Under the pieces are notes generated by a model. The model was not told the origin of the DNA and searched no databases. It was given only the letters and a program-made list of their open reading frames with translations. Both the position numbers and the translations under genes were made by a program. A stretch of 32,000 bases of DNA from Mycolicibacterium smegmatis (GTDB taxonomy: Bacteria > Actinomycetota > Actinomycetes > Mycobacteriales > Mycobacteriaceae): contig NZ_LN831039.1 of the NCBI RefSeq assembly GCF_001457595.1, positions 1,050,001 through 1,082,000 of the forward strand. Direction: 5' to 3'. Below are positions 1-8,872 of the stretch, one piece after another; position 1 is the stretch's first letter; each line of letters begins with the position of its first letter.

Positions 1-503
1 GCGACTGGCGGCTCAACGAGCGCCACTACGGCGCGCTGCAGGGCCTGGACAAGGCCGAGACCAAGGAGAAGTACGGCGAAGAGCAGTTCATGGCGTGGCG
101 CCGCAGCTACGACACCCCGCCGCCGCCCATCGAGAAGGGCAGCAAGTACAGCCAGGACGCCGATCCGCGCTACGCCGACATCGACGGCGGCCCGTTGACC
201 GAATGCCTCAAAGACGTCGTCGAGCGGTTCGTGCCGTACTACGAGAGCGCGATCTTGCCCGATCTGAAGGCGGGCAAGACCGTGCTGATCGCCGCCCACG
301 GCAACTCGCTGCGCGCGCTGGTGAAGTACCTCGACGGCATGTCCGACGAGGAGGTCGTCGGCCTCAACATCCCGACCGGCATCCCGCTGCGCTACGACCT
401 CGACGAGAACCTCAAGCCCGTCAAGATCGGCGGTGAGTACCTCGATCCCGAGGCGGCCGCCGCCGGTGCGGCCGCCGTCGCCGCCCAGGGCGCGAAGAAG
501 TAG
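1..503 (+). CDS. gpmA: 2,3-bisphosphoglycerate-dependent phosphoglycerate mutase, 3' part (5' end lies upstream of the window)
   Basis: The frame is open from nt 3. The translation [36 protein letters not shown]...[35 protein letters not shown] carries dPGM-family motifs ([16 protein letters not shown]). Stop TAG at 501-503. The listed ORF 90..503 is only the part after an internal Met. Confidence 0.9.
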   Translation, partial: DWRLNERHYGALQGLDKAETKEKYGEEQFMAWRRSYDTPPPPIEKGSKYSQDADPRYADIDGGPLTECLKDVVERFVPYYESAILPDLKAGKTVLIAAHGNSLRALVKYLDGMSDEEVVGLNIPTGIPLRYDLDENLKPVKIGGEYLDPEAAAAGAAAVAAQGAKK

Positions 504-518
504 CCGACACCCGGATTC

Positions 519-581
519 CGCCGAAACCGCATTCCAGCAGGCGTGCACTCGCACTTTTCCTGACGGAATGCGGTTTCGGCG
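519..581 (+). repeat. Palindromic interspersed element, copy A: perfect 17-bp stem (519-535 / 565-581) around a 29-nt loop (536-564)
   Basis: Arms gcCCGAAACCGCATTCC and GGAATGCGGTTTCGGgc are exact reverse complements. The loop AGCAGGCGTGCACTCGCACTTTTCCTGAC recurs at 17461-17489 with one difference. The element starts 15 nt after the gpmA stop and about 140 nt upstream of senX3. Confidence 0.8.
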
Positions 582-718
582 TTTCAGGTGAGAAGTGATC
601 GAGCAGGCGGTATCGGCCGGGTTAACGACAGCCGAACACCTGTCTTTCCTCGTGTGACATGTCTCGAATCGGCCGTTCGCTGCTGGGCTGACGTTCACCG
701 GATGCGTACGATTTTCGC

Positions 719-1909
719 GTGAGCTTGGTGTCGGCGTTACTGCTGACGGCGCTCGTGTCGCTCCTCACGCTGATCGCAGGCGTGGCAGTGGGCGTCACCG
801 TGGTGCCCCGCATCGTGGCCCGCCGGCAACGGCGTGCTGCGGACGCGGCGGGCATGACGGTCTCGCAGATGCTGCAGCACATCACGTCCCTGTCGCCGAT
901 GGGCGTCGCGGTCGTCGACACCTTCAACGACGTCGTCTACAGCAATGACCGGGCCGTCGAGCTCAACGTGGTCCGCGACCGCATTCTCGACGACCGGGCC
1001 TGGCAGGCCGCCCAGCGCGTCTTCGAGACCGGTCAGGACGTCGAGGTGGACCTCTCACCGCTCAAGGTCGCCAATCCGGGCCGGTCGGGCATCTCGGTGC
1101 GCGGCAAGGTGCGGCTGCTGACCGACGACGACCGGCGCTTCGCCGTCGTCTACATCGACGACCAGTCCGAGCACGCACGCATGGAAGCCACCCGGCGCGA
1201 CTTCGTCGCGAACGTCAGCCACGAGCTCAAGACACCGGTGGGTGCCATGAGCGTGCTGGCCGAGGCCCTGCTGGCCTCGGCCGACGACCCCGACACCGTG
1301 CGCCGGTTCGCCGAGAAGATGGTCGCCGAGTCACACCGCCTCGCGGACATGATCGGTGAGCTCATCGAACTCTCGCGGCTGCAGGGTGCCGAGCGTCTGC
1401 CCGATCTGGACGCCGTGGACGTCGACAGCATCGTGTCCGAGGCGGTGTCGCGGCACAAGGTCGCCGCGGACAACTCGCAGATCTCGATCACCACCGACGC
1501 GCCGACCGGATACCGCGTCCTCGGCGACGAAGGCCTGCTGGTGACCGCGATCGCCAACCTGGTGTCCAATGCGATCGCCTACTCGCCCAACGGAACCGAC
1601 GTGTCGATCAGCCGGCGCAAACGCGGCGGCAACATCGAGATCGCGGTCACCGACCGTGGCATCGGCATCGCCAAGGACGATCAGGAGCGGGTGTTCGAGC
1701 GGTTCTTCCGCGTCGACAAGGCGCGGTCGCGAGCCACGGGTGGCACCGGGCTCGGACTGGCGATCGTCAAACACGTGGCCGCCAACCACAACGGATCCAT
1801 CCGGCTGTGGAGTCAGCCGGGAACGGGGTCGACGTTCACGTTGTCGATCCCCGAATACCCCGACCCCGAATCACATTCGGACGAACGAGAGGACCAACGA
1901 GAACGATGA
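719..1909 (+). CDS. senX3: Phosphate-responsive sensor histidine kinase SenX3
   Basis: GTG start, 396 aa. It has an N-terminal TM segment and the H-box [14 protein letters not shown]. The ATPase N/G boxes are [17 protein letters not shown] and [12 protein letters not shown]. It is collinear with M. tuberculosis SenX3 as I remember it, and its stop overlaps the regX3 start. Confidence 0.93.
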   Translation: MSLVSALLLTALVSLLTLIAGVAVGVTVVPRIVARRQRRAADAAGMTVSQMLQHITSLSPMGVAVVDTFNDVVYSNDRAVELNVVRDRILDDRAWQAAQRVFETGQDVEVDLSPLKVANPGRSGISVRGKVRLLTDDDRRFAVVYIDDQSEHARMEATRRDFVANVSHELKTPVGAMSVLAEALLASADDPDTVRRFAEKMVAESHRLADMIGELIELSRLQGAERLPDLDAVDVDSIVSEAVSRHKVAADNSQISITTDAPTGYRVLGDEGLLVTAIANLVSNAIAYSPNGTDVSISRRKRGGNIEIAVTDRGIGIAKDDQERVFERFFRVDKARSRATGGTGLGLAIVKHVAANHNGSIRLWSQPGTGSTFTLSIPEYPDPESHSDEREDQRER

Positions 1910-2592
1910 CCAGCGTGTTGATCGTTGAAGACGAGGAATCGCTGGCCGATCCCTTGGCGTTTCTGCTCCGTAAGGAGGGCTTCGAGGCCACCGTGGTGGG
2001 CGACGGCCCGTCGGCCCTCGCGGAGTTCGAACGCTCCGGCGCCGACATCGTGCTGCTGGATCTCATGCTCCCCGGCATGAGTGGCACCGACGTGTGCAAG
2101 CAGTTGCGTGCGCGGTCAAGCGTCCCCGTCATCATGGTGACGGCGCGCGACAGCGAGATCGACAAGGTGGTCGGCCTCGAGCTCGGTGCTGACGACTACG
2201 TCACCAAGCCGTACTCGGCGCGTGAACTCATCGCCCGGATTCGTGCGGTGTTGCGCCGTGGCGCCGACAACGACGACGCGGGCGCCGACGACGGTGTGCT
2301 GGAGGCCGGTCCCGTGCGCATGGACGTCGAACGACACGTGGTGAGCGTCAACGGTGAACCGATCACGTTGCCGCTCAAGGAGTTCGACCTGCTCGAGTAC
2401 CTGATGCGCAACAGTGGTCGCGTGCTCACCCGCGGTCAGCTCATCGACCGGGTGTGGGGTGCGGACTACGTCGGCGACACCAAAACCCTTGACGTGCACG
2501 TCAAAAGGCTGCGGTCGAAGATCGAGGAGGATCCGGCCAACCCGGTGCACCTGGTGACCGTACGCGGCCTGGGATACAAGCTGGAGGGCTGA
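1906..2592 (+). CDS. regX3: OmpR/PhoB-family response regulator RegX3
   Basis: ATG at 1906 lies inside an ATGA overlap with the senX3 stop (1907-1909). [13 protein letters not shown]...[14 protein letters not shown] is a receiver domain. The C-terminal winged helix reads [12 protein letters not shown]...[10 protein letters not shown]. The listed ORF 1807..2592 is an upstream extension in the same frame. Confidence 0.93.
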   Translation: MTSVLIVEDEESLADPLAFLLRKEGFEATVVGDGPSALAEFERSGADIVLLDLMLPGMSGTDVCKQLRARSSVPVIMVTARDSEIDKVVGLELGADDYVTKPYSARELIARIRAVLRRGADNDDAGADDGVLEAGPVRMDVERHVVSVNGEPITLPLKEFDLLEYLMRNSGRVLTRGQLIDRVWGADYVGDTKTLDVHVKRLRSKIEEDPANPVHLVTVRGLGYKLEG

Positions 2593-2615
2593 ACCCGGCG
2601 CTGAGCCGCCGCCGG

Positions 2616-3416
2616 CTACCGCTGCGGGCCGGATGTCCCGCTCTCGGCCAGCCGCGTCGCCGGATGGACGGCGACCAGCCCTAAACGGCTGCGGCGCTTG
2701 CAGATTGCCGCCAGCTCGGCGTAGGCCTTCTCGCCCAGCAGGGCGGTCAGCTCGGGTGCGTAGGACTCCCACACCGGTCGGCTGCCCACGTGTGCGTTCG
2801 GATCGCCCGTGCAGTACCAGTGCAGGTCGGCACCGCCCTCGCCCCACCCGCGGCGGTCGTACTCGGTGATGACCGTCTTGAGGATCTGCGTGCCGTCGGG
2901 CCGTTCGACCCAGTCCTGGCTGCGCCGGATCGGCAGCTGCCAGCACACGTCGGGCTTCATGGTCCACGGCTCGACACCGAGCTTGAGCGCCTTGCTGTGC
3001 AGCGCGCACCCGATGCCCGCCGGGAAGCCGGGGCGGTTCAGAAAGATGCAGGCGCCCTTGTACTTCCGGGTACGCAGGTTCGGCTTGCCGTCGTACTCGT
3101 CGTCCTCGAGGTAGCCCTTCTTGCCCAGGCCCTTCTCGCGGAACTGCCAGTCCTCGTCGGTGAGCTGCTTGACGGCGTCGTCGAGCCGGGCCCGGTCGTC
3201 GTCGTCGGACAGGAACGCGCCGTGCGAGCAGCAACCGTCGTCGGGGCGGCCCTCCACGGTGCCCTGGCACGCCGGGGTGCCGAACACGCACGTCCAGCGG
3301 GACAGCAGCCAGGTCATGTCCGCCGCGATGAGATGGTCCGCGTCATCGGGGTCGTAGAACTCCACCCACTCACGGGCGAAGTCGAGTTCAACCTCACCAG
3401 GATGCACACGTGTCAC
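2616..3416 (-). CDS. Conserved actinobacterial Cys-rich protein (M. tuberculosis Rv0495c-like), function unclear
   Basis: The protein-like part of ORF 2616..3623 starts at [28 protein letters not shown] at 3416 (alternative GTG at 3407) matches the N-terminus I recall for Rv0495c. The upstream 69 codons are Arg/Pro/Gly-rich filler. There are nine Cys in conserved-looking contexts ([39 protein letters not shown]). Confidence 0.8.
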   Translation of the reverse strand: MTRVHPGEVELDFAREWVEFYDPDDADHLIAADMTWLLSRWTCVFGTPACQGTVEGRPDDGCCSHGAFLSDDDDRARLDDAVKQLTDEDWQFREKGLGKKGYLEDDEYDGKPNLRTRKYKGACIFLNRPGFPAGIGCALHSKALKLGVEPWTMKPDVCWQLPIRRSQDWVERPDGTQILKTVITEYDRRGWGEGGADLHWYCTGDPNAHVGSRPVWESYAPELTALLGEKAYAELAAICKRRSRLGLVAVHPATRLAESGTSGPQR

Positions 3417-3517
3417 AGTGCAAACGCTACTCGTTTCCCTCGCCCCGGGCCGACCGGGCGCGGCCCGGCCCGCGGGTCCACTACGGAACCCACAGGACGA
3501 CCGACTAGGTTTGACCC

Positions 3518-4489
3518 GTGCGGTTAGGTGTGCTCGATGTGGGCAGCAACACAGTCCATCTTCTCGTGGTGGATGCGCACCGTGGTGGCCATCCCACCCC
3601 GATGAGTTCCACCAAGGCCGCACTGCGCCTCGCCGAGGCCATCGACGGCTCCGGCAAACTCACGCGAAAAGGCGCCGACAAGCTGGTCGCGACCGTCGAC
3701 GAATTCGCCAAGATCGCCACGAGTTCCGGCTGTGCCGAGCTCATGGCCTTTGCCACCTCGGCGGTGCGTGACGCCACCAACTCCGAAGACGTGCTGGCCA
3801 GGGTCCGCGCCGAGACCGGGGTGTCCCTGCAGGTGCTCAGCGGCGTCGACGAATCACGGCTGACCTTCCTGGCAGTGCGCCGCTGGTACGGCTGGAGCGC
3901 GGGCCGCATCATCAACATCGACATCGGCGGCGGTTCGCTGGAGCTGTCCAACGGGGTCGACGAGGAACCCGAGGTGGCGTTGTCGCTGCCGCTGGGCGCG
4001 GGCCGGTTGACCAGGGAGTGGCTGCCCGACGATCCACCGGGGCGCAGGGCTGTCGCGATGCTGCGCGACTGGCTCGCCACCGAGCTCGCCGACGCGGGCG
4101 CCACGATACGGCGCGCCGGGGCTCCTGACCTGGCCGTGGCGACGTCGAAGACGTTCAGGTCGCTGGCCCGGCTGACCGGAGCGGCACCGTCAGGGGCGGG
4201 CCCCCGCGTCAAGCGGACGCTCACCGCGACCGGATTAAGACAGCTCATAGCTTTCATCTCTAGGATGACGGCGGCTGACCGCGCTGAACTGGAAGGGGTG
4301 AGTGCCGAACGGGCTCCACAGATCGTGGCCGGTGCTTTGGTTGCTGAAGCTAGTATGCGAGCACTGGAAATCGAATCCGTCGACATTTGCCCCTGGGCGT
4401 TGCGGGAAGGGCTGATCCTGCGGAAGCTCGACAGCGAGGCCGATGGAACCGCCCTGGTGGCCGCGGCTGCGCGCGACGCCGGACGATAA
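3518..4489 (+). CDS. ppx: Ppx/GppA-family exopolyphosphatase (Rv0496-like)
   Basis: GTG start, 323 aa. The N-terminal ASKHA phosphate-1 motif is [17 protein letters not shown], followed by [10 protein letters not shown]. It is divergent from the Rv0495c-like gene, as in M. tuberculosis. Confidence 0.85.
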   Translation: MRLGVLDVGSNTVHLLVVDAHRGGHPTPMSSTKAALRLAEAIDGSGKLTRKGADKLVATVDEFAKIATSSGCAELMAFATSAVRDATNSEDVLARVRAETGVSLQVLSGVDESRLTFLAVRRWYGWSAGRIINIDIGGGSLELSNGVDEEPEVALSLPLGAGRLTREWLPDDPPGRRAVAMLRDWLATELADAGATIRRAGAPDLAVATSKTFRSLARLTGAAPSGAGPRVKRTLTATGLRQLIAFISRMTAADRAELEGVSAERAPQIVAGALVAEASMRALEIESVDICPWALREGLILRKLDSEADGTALVAAAARDAGR

Positions 4490-4518
4490 GGAAGAGCTAG
4501 CCCCTAAGGCAACACGAC

Positions 4519-5589
4519 ATGACAGGACCTGAAGATAGCCAGACCCCCTCGCGGCCGATATCGGTCGCGGAGTTGCTGGCCAAGAACGGAACGATCGGGG
4601 CACCGCCCGTCGGCGGGCGACGTCGGCGCAGGCGCGGTAACGCCGACGCGGTGACTGTTGCCGAACTCACGGGCGAGATTCCCGTCATCACCGACGACGA
4701 CTCGGCGCCGCAGACCTCGCGCCGGCAACGCGAACGTGACACGAGCCTCGAAGAGACCACTGTGGTCGAGGCGGTCCCGGCCCGCGAAGAAGCGCCGCAG
4801 GCAGCCCCCGAGAAGACCCCCGAAACCGAACCCCGGCCCGCGCGCAACGGCGCCACGCCGCGGGAGGCCGCCGTCGTCGCGGACCAACCCGCCCCGGATG
4901 CCGGCGCGGCCAGGGATGCCGAGGCCGACTACGACGCGCACCTGAAGACGCGCGAGATCGACCCGGAGCCTGTCGAATTCCGGCCGCGGCCCCGACGCAA
5001 CCAGTTCGCGTCGGGCACGCGCGAGTACACCCCGAGTGGTACCGGCGCCGAGCAGATGAGCCCGGACCCGCTCGACGATCTCGACGACGGCGCCCCCGAC
5101 ACCGGGCTCGATTCCGGTTTCGAGGCCGACACAGCCGACGACACCGGTCCGGACCGCCGCGATGCGCGCGACGCGTCGTACCCGCTGGGGTCGCTGTTCG
5201 GCGGACCGTCGGTCGACGACGACCTGGACCGGGATCTCGAAAGGGATCTGGACCGCGAGGACGACGAGTACGCCGACGACCTCGCCGATGAACTCGACGA
5301 GGACGACGAGGTCGACGAGGACGAGGGTTCACCGCTGGTGCGGGGGCTGTGGGTTGTCGCGCAGTGCGTCATCGCGGTCGCGTTCGGCGCGGGCCTGTTC
5401 GTCGCGTTCGACCAGCTGTGGAAGTGGAACACCATCGTCGCGCTGGTGCTCGGCGTGCTGGTGATCCTCGGCCTGGCAGGCGGTGTGCGCGTGGTCCGCA
5501 AGACCGAGGACATCGGCAGCACACTCACCGCGGTGGCCGTCGGTGCGCTCGTGACGTTCGGGCCGCTGGCTCTGCTGCAGGCGAGCTGA
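4519..5589 (+). CDS. Membrane protein with a long acidic/Pro-rich low-complexity N-terminal region (Rv0497-like)
   Basis: ATG start, 356 aa. The conserved N-terminus reads SRPISVAELLAKNGTIGAPPVGGRRRRRRG...VTVAELTGEIPVI. A long D/E/P-rich stretch includes DDDLDRDLERDLDREDDEYADDLADELDEDDEVDEDE. Three predicted TM helices sit at the C-terminus (LWVVAQCVIAVAFGAGLFVAF, IVALVLGVLVILGLAGGV, LTAVAVGALVTFGPLALL). Confidence 0.8.
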   Translation: MTGPEDSQTPSRPISVAELLAKNGTIGAPPVGGRRRRRRGNADAVTVAELTGEIPVITDDDSAPQTSRRQRERDTSLEETTVVEAVPAREEAPQAAPEKTPETEPRPARNGATPREAAVVADQPAPDAGAARDAEADYDAHLKTREIDPEPVEFRPRPRRNQFASGTREYTPSGTGAEQMSPDPLDDLDDGAPDTGLDSGFEADTADDTGPDRRDARDASYPLGSLFGGPSVDDDLDRDLERDLDREDDEYADDLADELDEDDEVDEDEGSPLVRGLWVVAQCVIAVAFGAGLFVAFDQLWKWNTIVALVLGVLVILGLAGGVRVVRKTEDIGSTLTAVAVGALVTFGPLALLQAS

Positions 5590-5611
5590 GCGCGCCGGTA
5601 GACGATCAACT

Positions 5612-6457
5612 GTGCGCCCCGCCATCAAGGTCGGCCTGTCCACGGCTTCCGTCTACCCGCTGAGAACCGAGGCGGCCTTCGAGATCGCGGCACGCCTCGG
5701 CTACGACGGTGTCGAGCTGATGGTGTGGGCCGAATCGGTCAGCCAGGACATCGACGCCGTCGAGAAACTGTCGGCGAACTACGGCGTCCCGGTGCTGTCG
5801 GTGCACGCGCCGTGTCTGCTGATCTCGCAACGCGTATGGGGCGCCAACCCGATCACCAAACTGGAGCGCAGTGTGCGCGCGGCCGAGCAGCTCGGTGCAC
5901 AGACCGTCGTCGTCCACCCGCCGTTCCGGTGGCAGCGCCGCTACGCCGAGGGGTTCAGCGAGCAGGTCGCCGAACTGGAGGCGGGCAGTGACGTCATGGT
6001 CGCCGTCGAGAACATGTTCCCCTTCCGTGCGGACCGGTTCTTCGGTGCGGGCCAGACCTCGATCGAGCGCATGCGCAAACGCGGGGGCAGGCCGGGACCG
6101 GGCATCTCGGCGTTCGCGCCGTCGTACGACCCGCTGGACGGCAATCACGCGCACTACACGCTCGATCTGAGCCACACCGCGACGGCAGGCACCGATGCGG
6201 TGGACATGGCTCGGCGCATGGGCGACGGGCTCGTGCATCTGCACCTGGCCGACGGCAACGGGGCCTCGACCGACGAGCACCTGGTTCCCGGCCGTGGCAC
6301 GCAGCCGGTCGCCCAGGTGTGCCGGATGCTCGCCGAGAGTGATTTCGCCGGGCATGTGGTGCTGGAGGTGACCACGCAGACCGCGCGCACCAACTCCGAG
6401 CGTGAGGCGCTTCTGACCGAGTCGCTACAGTTCGCCCGCAAGCATCTGCTGCGCTGA
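5612..6457 (+). CDS. Sugar phosphate isomerase/epimerase, xylose-isomerase-like TIM barrel (Rv0498-like)
   Basis: GTG start, 281 aa. The pattern is typical of the family: LGYDGVELM, VLSVHAP, GAQTVVVHPP, AVENM, HLHLADGNG, VLEV. The synteny position matches. Confidence 0.75.
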   Translation: MRPAIKVGLSTASVYPLRTEAAFEIAARLGYDGVELMVWAESVSQDIDAVEKLSANYGVPVLSVHAPCLLISQRVWGANPITKLERSVRAAEQLGAQTVVVHPPFRWQRRYAEGFSEQVAELEAGSDVMVAVENMFPFRADRFFGAGQTSIERMRKRGGRPGPGISAFAPSYDPLDGNHAHYTLDLSHTATAGTDAVDMARRMGDGLVHLHLADGNGASTDEHLVPGRGTQPVAQVCRMLAESDFAGHVVLEVTTQTARTNSEREALLTESLQFARKHLLR

Positions 6458-6489
6458 AGTCTTCGCTGCAGTCCCCAGAAGGAGGCGAT

Positions 6490-7305
6490 GTGTCGGCCTC
6501 GACGCTGTTCACCGATGCCATGGCGCTCACCCCTGCCGGTGACGGGATCTATGACGGCGCACTCAACGAACACTGGACGATCGGGCCCAAGGTGCACGGC
6601 GGCGCGATGCTCGCGCTGTGCGCCAACGCCGCGCAGACCCAGATCGGGGGCGGCCTCCAGCCGATCGCCGTGAGCGGCAACTTCCTGTGGGCACCCGACC
6701 CCGGTCCCATGCGTCTGGTCACCACGGTGTGCAAGCGCGGCAGGCGGATCAGCGTCGTCGACGTCGAACTCAACCAGGGCGCCCGCACGGCCGTGCGGGC
6801 GTCGGTGACGCTCGGCGAACCCGAACACCATGTCGCCCCGCTGCTGTCGTTCAACCCGGTGACCCCGATCATGGCGCCCGAACCGCCGCCCGGGATCGCC
6901 CCGATCGGTCCGGGACATCCGATGGAGCACATCGTGCACCTGGCGCACGGCTGCGACATCCGGCCTGCCCTGCACACGCTCGGGGCCCGCGAGAGCGGTG
7001 GTCCGCCGGTGTTCGAGTACTGGGTGCGCCCCAAGGGCGTCGCGCCGGACGTCCTGTTCGCGCTCCTGTGCGGCGACGTGTCCGCGCCGGTGACCTTTGC
7101 CGTGGAGCGCACCGGTTGGGCGCCCACGGTCCAGCTGACGGCGTATCTGCGTGGTCTGCCTGCCGACGGCTGGCTGCGCGTCATGTGCACGACGGTGCAG
7201 ATCGGCGAGGGCTGGTTCGACGAGGACCACACCGTGGTCGACTGCGAGGGCCGCATCATCGTGCAGTCGCGGCAGCTCGCGATGGTCCCCACCGCCCAGG
7301 GATAG
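6490..7305 (+). CDS. Thioesterase-like (hotdog-fold) family protein (Rv0499-like)
   Basis: GTG start preceded by GAAGGAGG at 6478-6485, 271 aa. NEHWTIGPKVHGGAMLAL is typical of thioesterase-like superfamily proteins. The synteny position matches. Confidence 0.65.
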   Translation: MSASTLFTDAMALTPAGDGIYDGALNEHWTIGPKVHGGAMLALCANAAQTQIGGGLQPIAVSGNFLWAPDPGPMRLVTTVCKRGRRISVVDVELNQGARTAVRASVTLGEPEHHVAPLLSFNPVTPIMAPEPPPGIAPIGPGHPMEHIVHLAHGCDIRPALHTLGARESGGPPVFEYWVRPKGVAPDVLFALLCGDVSAPVTFAVERTGWAPTVQLTAYLRGLPADGWLRVMCTTVQIGEGWFDEDHTVVDCEGRIIVQSRQLAMVPTAQG

Positions 7306-7330
7306 CCGACGACCATGAAATGCTGACCGC

Positions 7331-8191
7331 ATGTCGAGAATCGCGATCATCGGCGGCGGAAGCATGGGTGAGGCACTGTTGTCCGGCCTGCTCCGGGCCG
7401 GCAGGCAGGTCAAGGACATGGTCGTTGCGGAGAAGTTCCCCGAGCGTGCCAAGTACCTGGCGGACAAGTACTCCGTGCGGGTGACGTCGGTTGCCGACGC
7501 CGCCGAGAATGCCCACTACGTCGTCGTCGCCGTCAAGCCAGCCGACGTCGAGAAGGTGATCGGCGAGATCGCCGAGGCCGCTGCCAACGCCGAGACCGAT
7601 ACGGCCGAGCAGGTTTTCGTCACCATCGCGGCCGGGGTCGGCACCGCGTACTACGAGGCCAAGCTGCCCGCGGGCTCGCCGGTGATCCGGGTGATGCCCA
7701 ATGCGCCGGTGATCGTCGGCGGCGGCGTCAGCGCGCTGGCACCCGGTCGCTTCGCGACGCCCGAGCAGCTCAAGGAGGTCTCGACGCTGTTCGACGCGGT
7801 CGGTGGCGTCATCACGGTCTCCGAGTCCCAACTGGACGCCGTCACGGCCCTGTCCGGTTCGGGCCCGGCGTACTTCTTCCTGATGGCCGAGGCGATGGTC
7901 GACGCCGGGGTGGCTGTCGGGCTGTCGCGTGCCGTGGCGACCGATCTGGTTGCCCAGACGATGGCCGGTTCGGCCGCGATGCTGCTGGACCGCCTGGATC
8001 AGGTGAACGCCGCGGGAGGCGCGGCGCTGGACACCACACCGGCCCAGTTGCGGGCCACCGTCACCTCGCCGGCCGGCACAACCGCCGCTGGTCTGCGCGA
8101 ACTCGAGCGGGGCGGGCTGCGCGCCGCGGTGGCAAATGCCGTGGAAGCCGCGAAAACGCGCTCTGAGCAGCTAGGAATTACATCGGAGTAA
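7331..8191 (+). CDS. proC: Pyrroline-5-carboxylate reductase
   Basis: 286 aa. The Rossmann N-terminus is IAIIGGGSMGEALLSGL. The C-terminal P5CR signature reads VTSPAGTTAAGLRELERGGLR, and the PNAP and GSGPAYFF motifs are present. Confidence 0.93.
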   Translation: MSRIAIIGGGSMGEALLSGLLRAGRQVKDMVVAEKFPERAKYLADKYSVRVTSVADAAENAHYVVVAVKPADVEKVIGEIAEAAANAETDTAEQVFVTIAAGVGTAYYEAKLPAGSPVIRVMPNAPVIVGGGVSALAPGRFATPEQLKEVSTLFDAVGGVITVSESQLDAVTALSGSGPAYFFLMAEAMVDAGVAVGLSRAVATDLVAQTMAGSAAMLLDRLDQVNAAGGAALDTTPAQLRATVTSPAGTTAAGLRELERGGLRAAVANAVEAAKTRSEQLGITSE

Positions 8192-8329
8192 TTCAACAAA
8201 TTCCAATGGATTACCCCACACCCGTCGCAGTAACCCCACCCGCCACGCTATTCTCCCCTTGTATGCGCGGGTTGGTGCCGGCGGTGGGGAAGCCGCCGGG
8301 ACTGCCCGTGCCTGATTGATTGGGTTGCG

Positions 8330-8557
8330 ATGACGTCTATGAACGGGCCATCGGCGCGGGATGCTGGCGACGGCCAGCCCCGAGCTCAATTTCTGACGGT
8401 CGCCGAGGTGGCGAGCTTGATGAGGGTCTCGAAGATGACGGTGTACCGGCTGGTGCACAACGGTGAATTGCCCGCGGTCCGCGTGGGCCGGTCGTTCCGT
8501 GTGCACGCCAAAGCCGTTCACGACCTGCTGGAGACCTCGTACTTCGACGCGGGCTGA
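8330..8557 (+). CDS. Small helix-turn-helix DNA-binding protein, excisionase/MerR-like family (Rv0500A-like)
   Basis: 75 aa. FLTVAEVASLMRVSKMTVYRLVHNGELPAVRVGRSFRV is the classic excisionase-family HTH. It occupies the conserved position after proC. Confidence 0.85.
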   Translation: MTSMNGPSARDAGDGQPRAQFLTVAEVASLMRVSKMTVYRLVHNGELPAVRVGRSFRVHAKAVHDLLETSYFDAG

Positions 8558-8741
8558 TCGGGGTATCACCGGCGTCCGGCGGACCCGGGGCAACGCGTCA
8601 GACGGCGATCTGAGGCGTCCCCGGGCGCCTCGTGCCGCCCGCCGGAGCCCGCGCAGAGCGGCCGTTTTCCGTTTACCGGGCAGACCCGGGTAAGGTAACC
8701 GGGTCAATCAACGGCTTTAGATAGCGGAGACTGCGGAGTCT

Positions 8742-8843
8742 ATGGGTTCAGTCATCAAGAAGCGGCGTAAGCGTATGTCGAAGAAGAAGCATCGCAAGCT
8801 GCTTCGGCGAACTCGCGTGCAGCGCAGAAAACTCGGTAAGTAA
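8742..8843 (+). CDS. 30S ribosomal protein bS22 (Rv0500B-like micro-ORF, 33 aa), absent from the supplied ORF track
   Basis: ATG 8742 to TAA 8841-8843 encodes [33 protein letters not shown], with 18 of 33 residues Lys/Arg. This matches the actinobacterial bS22 peptide as I remember it. GGAG motifs lie at 8726-8729 and 8735-8738. The position between the HTH gene and the epimerase gene is conserved. Confidence 0.85.
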
Positions 8844-8872
8844 CTTTCTGCCGCGGCCGCTAGGCTGGGCCG

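Noticed and set aside
582-718. Possible RegX3 autoregulatory box upstream of senX3, for example CAGGTG at 585-590 and CACCTG at about 645-650.
   Set aside because: The half-sites are only 6 bp and about 55 nt apart. I cannot recall the experimentally defined RegX3 site well enough to match it, so no site is called.
3417-3623. N-terminal extensions implied by the longest-ORF models: 2616..3623, 17493.., 19810.., 23878..24468, 24284..24856, 24633.., 27463.. and 28074...
   Set aside because: The extensions are low-complexity Arg/Pro/Gly/Ser sequence and overlap neighbouring genes or the palindromic repeat. The homologous protein N-termini, or stop/start overlaps with the upstream gene, point to the internal starts given in the feature list.
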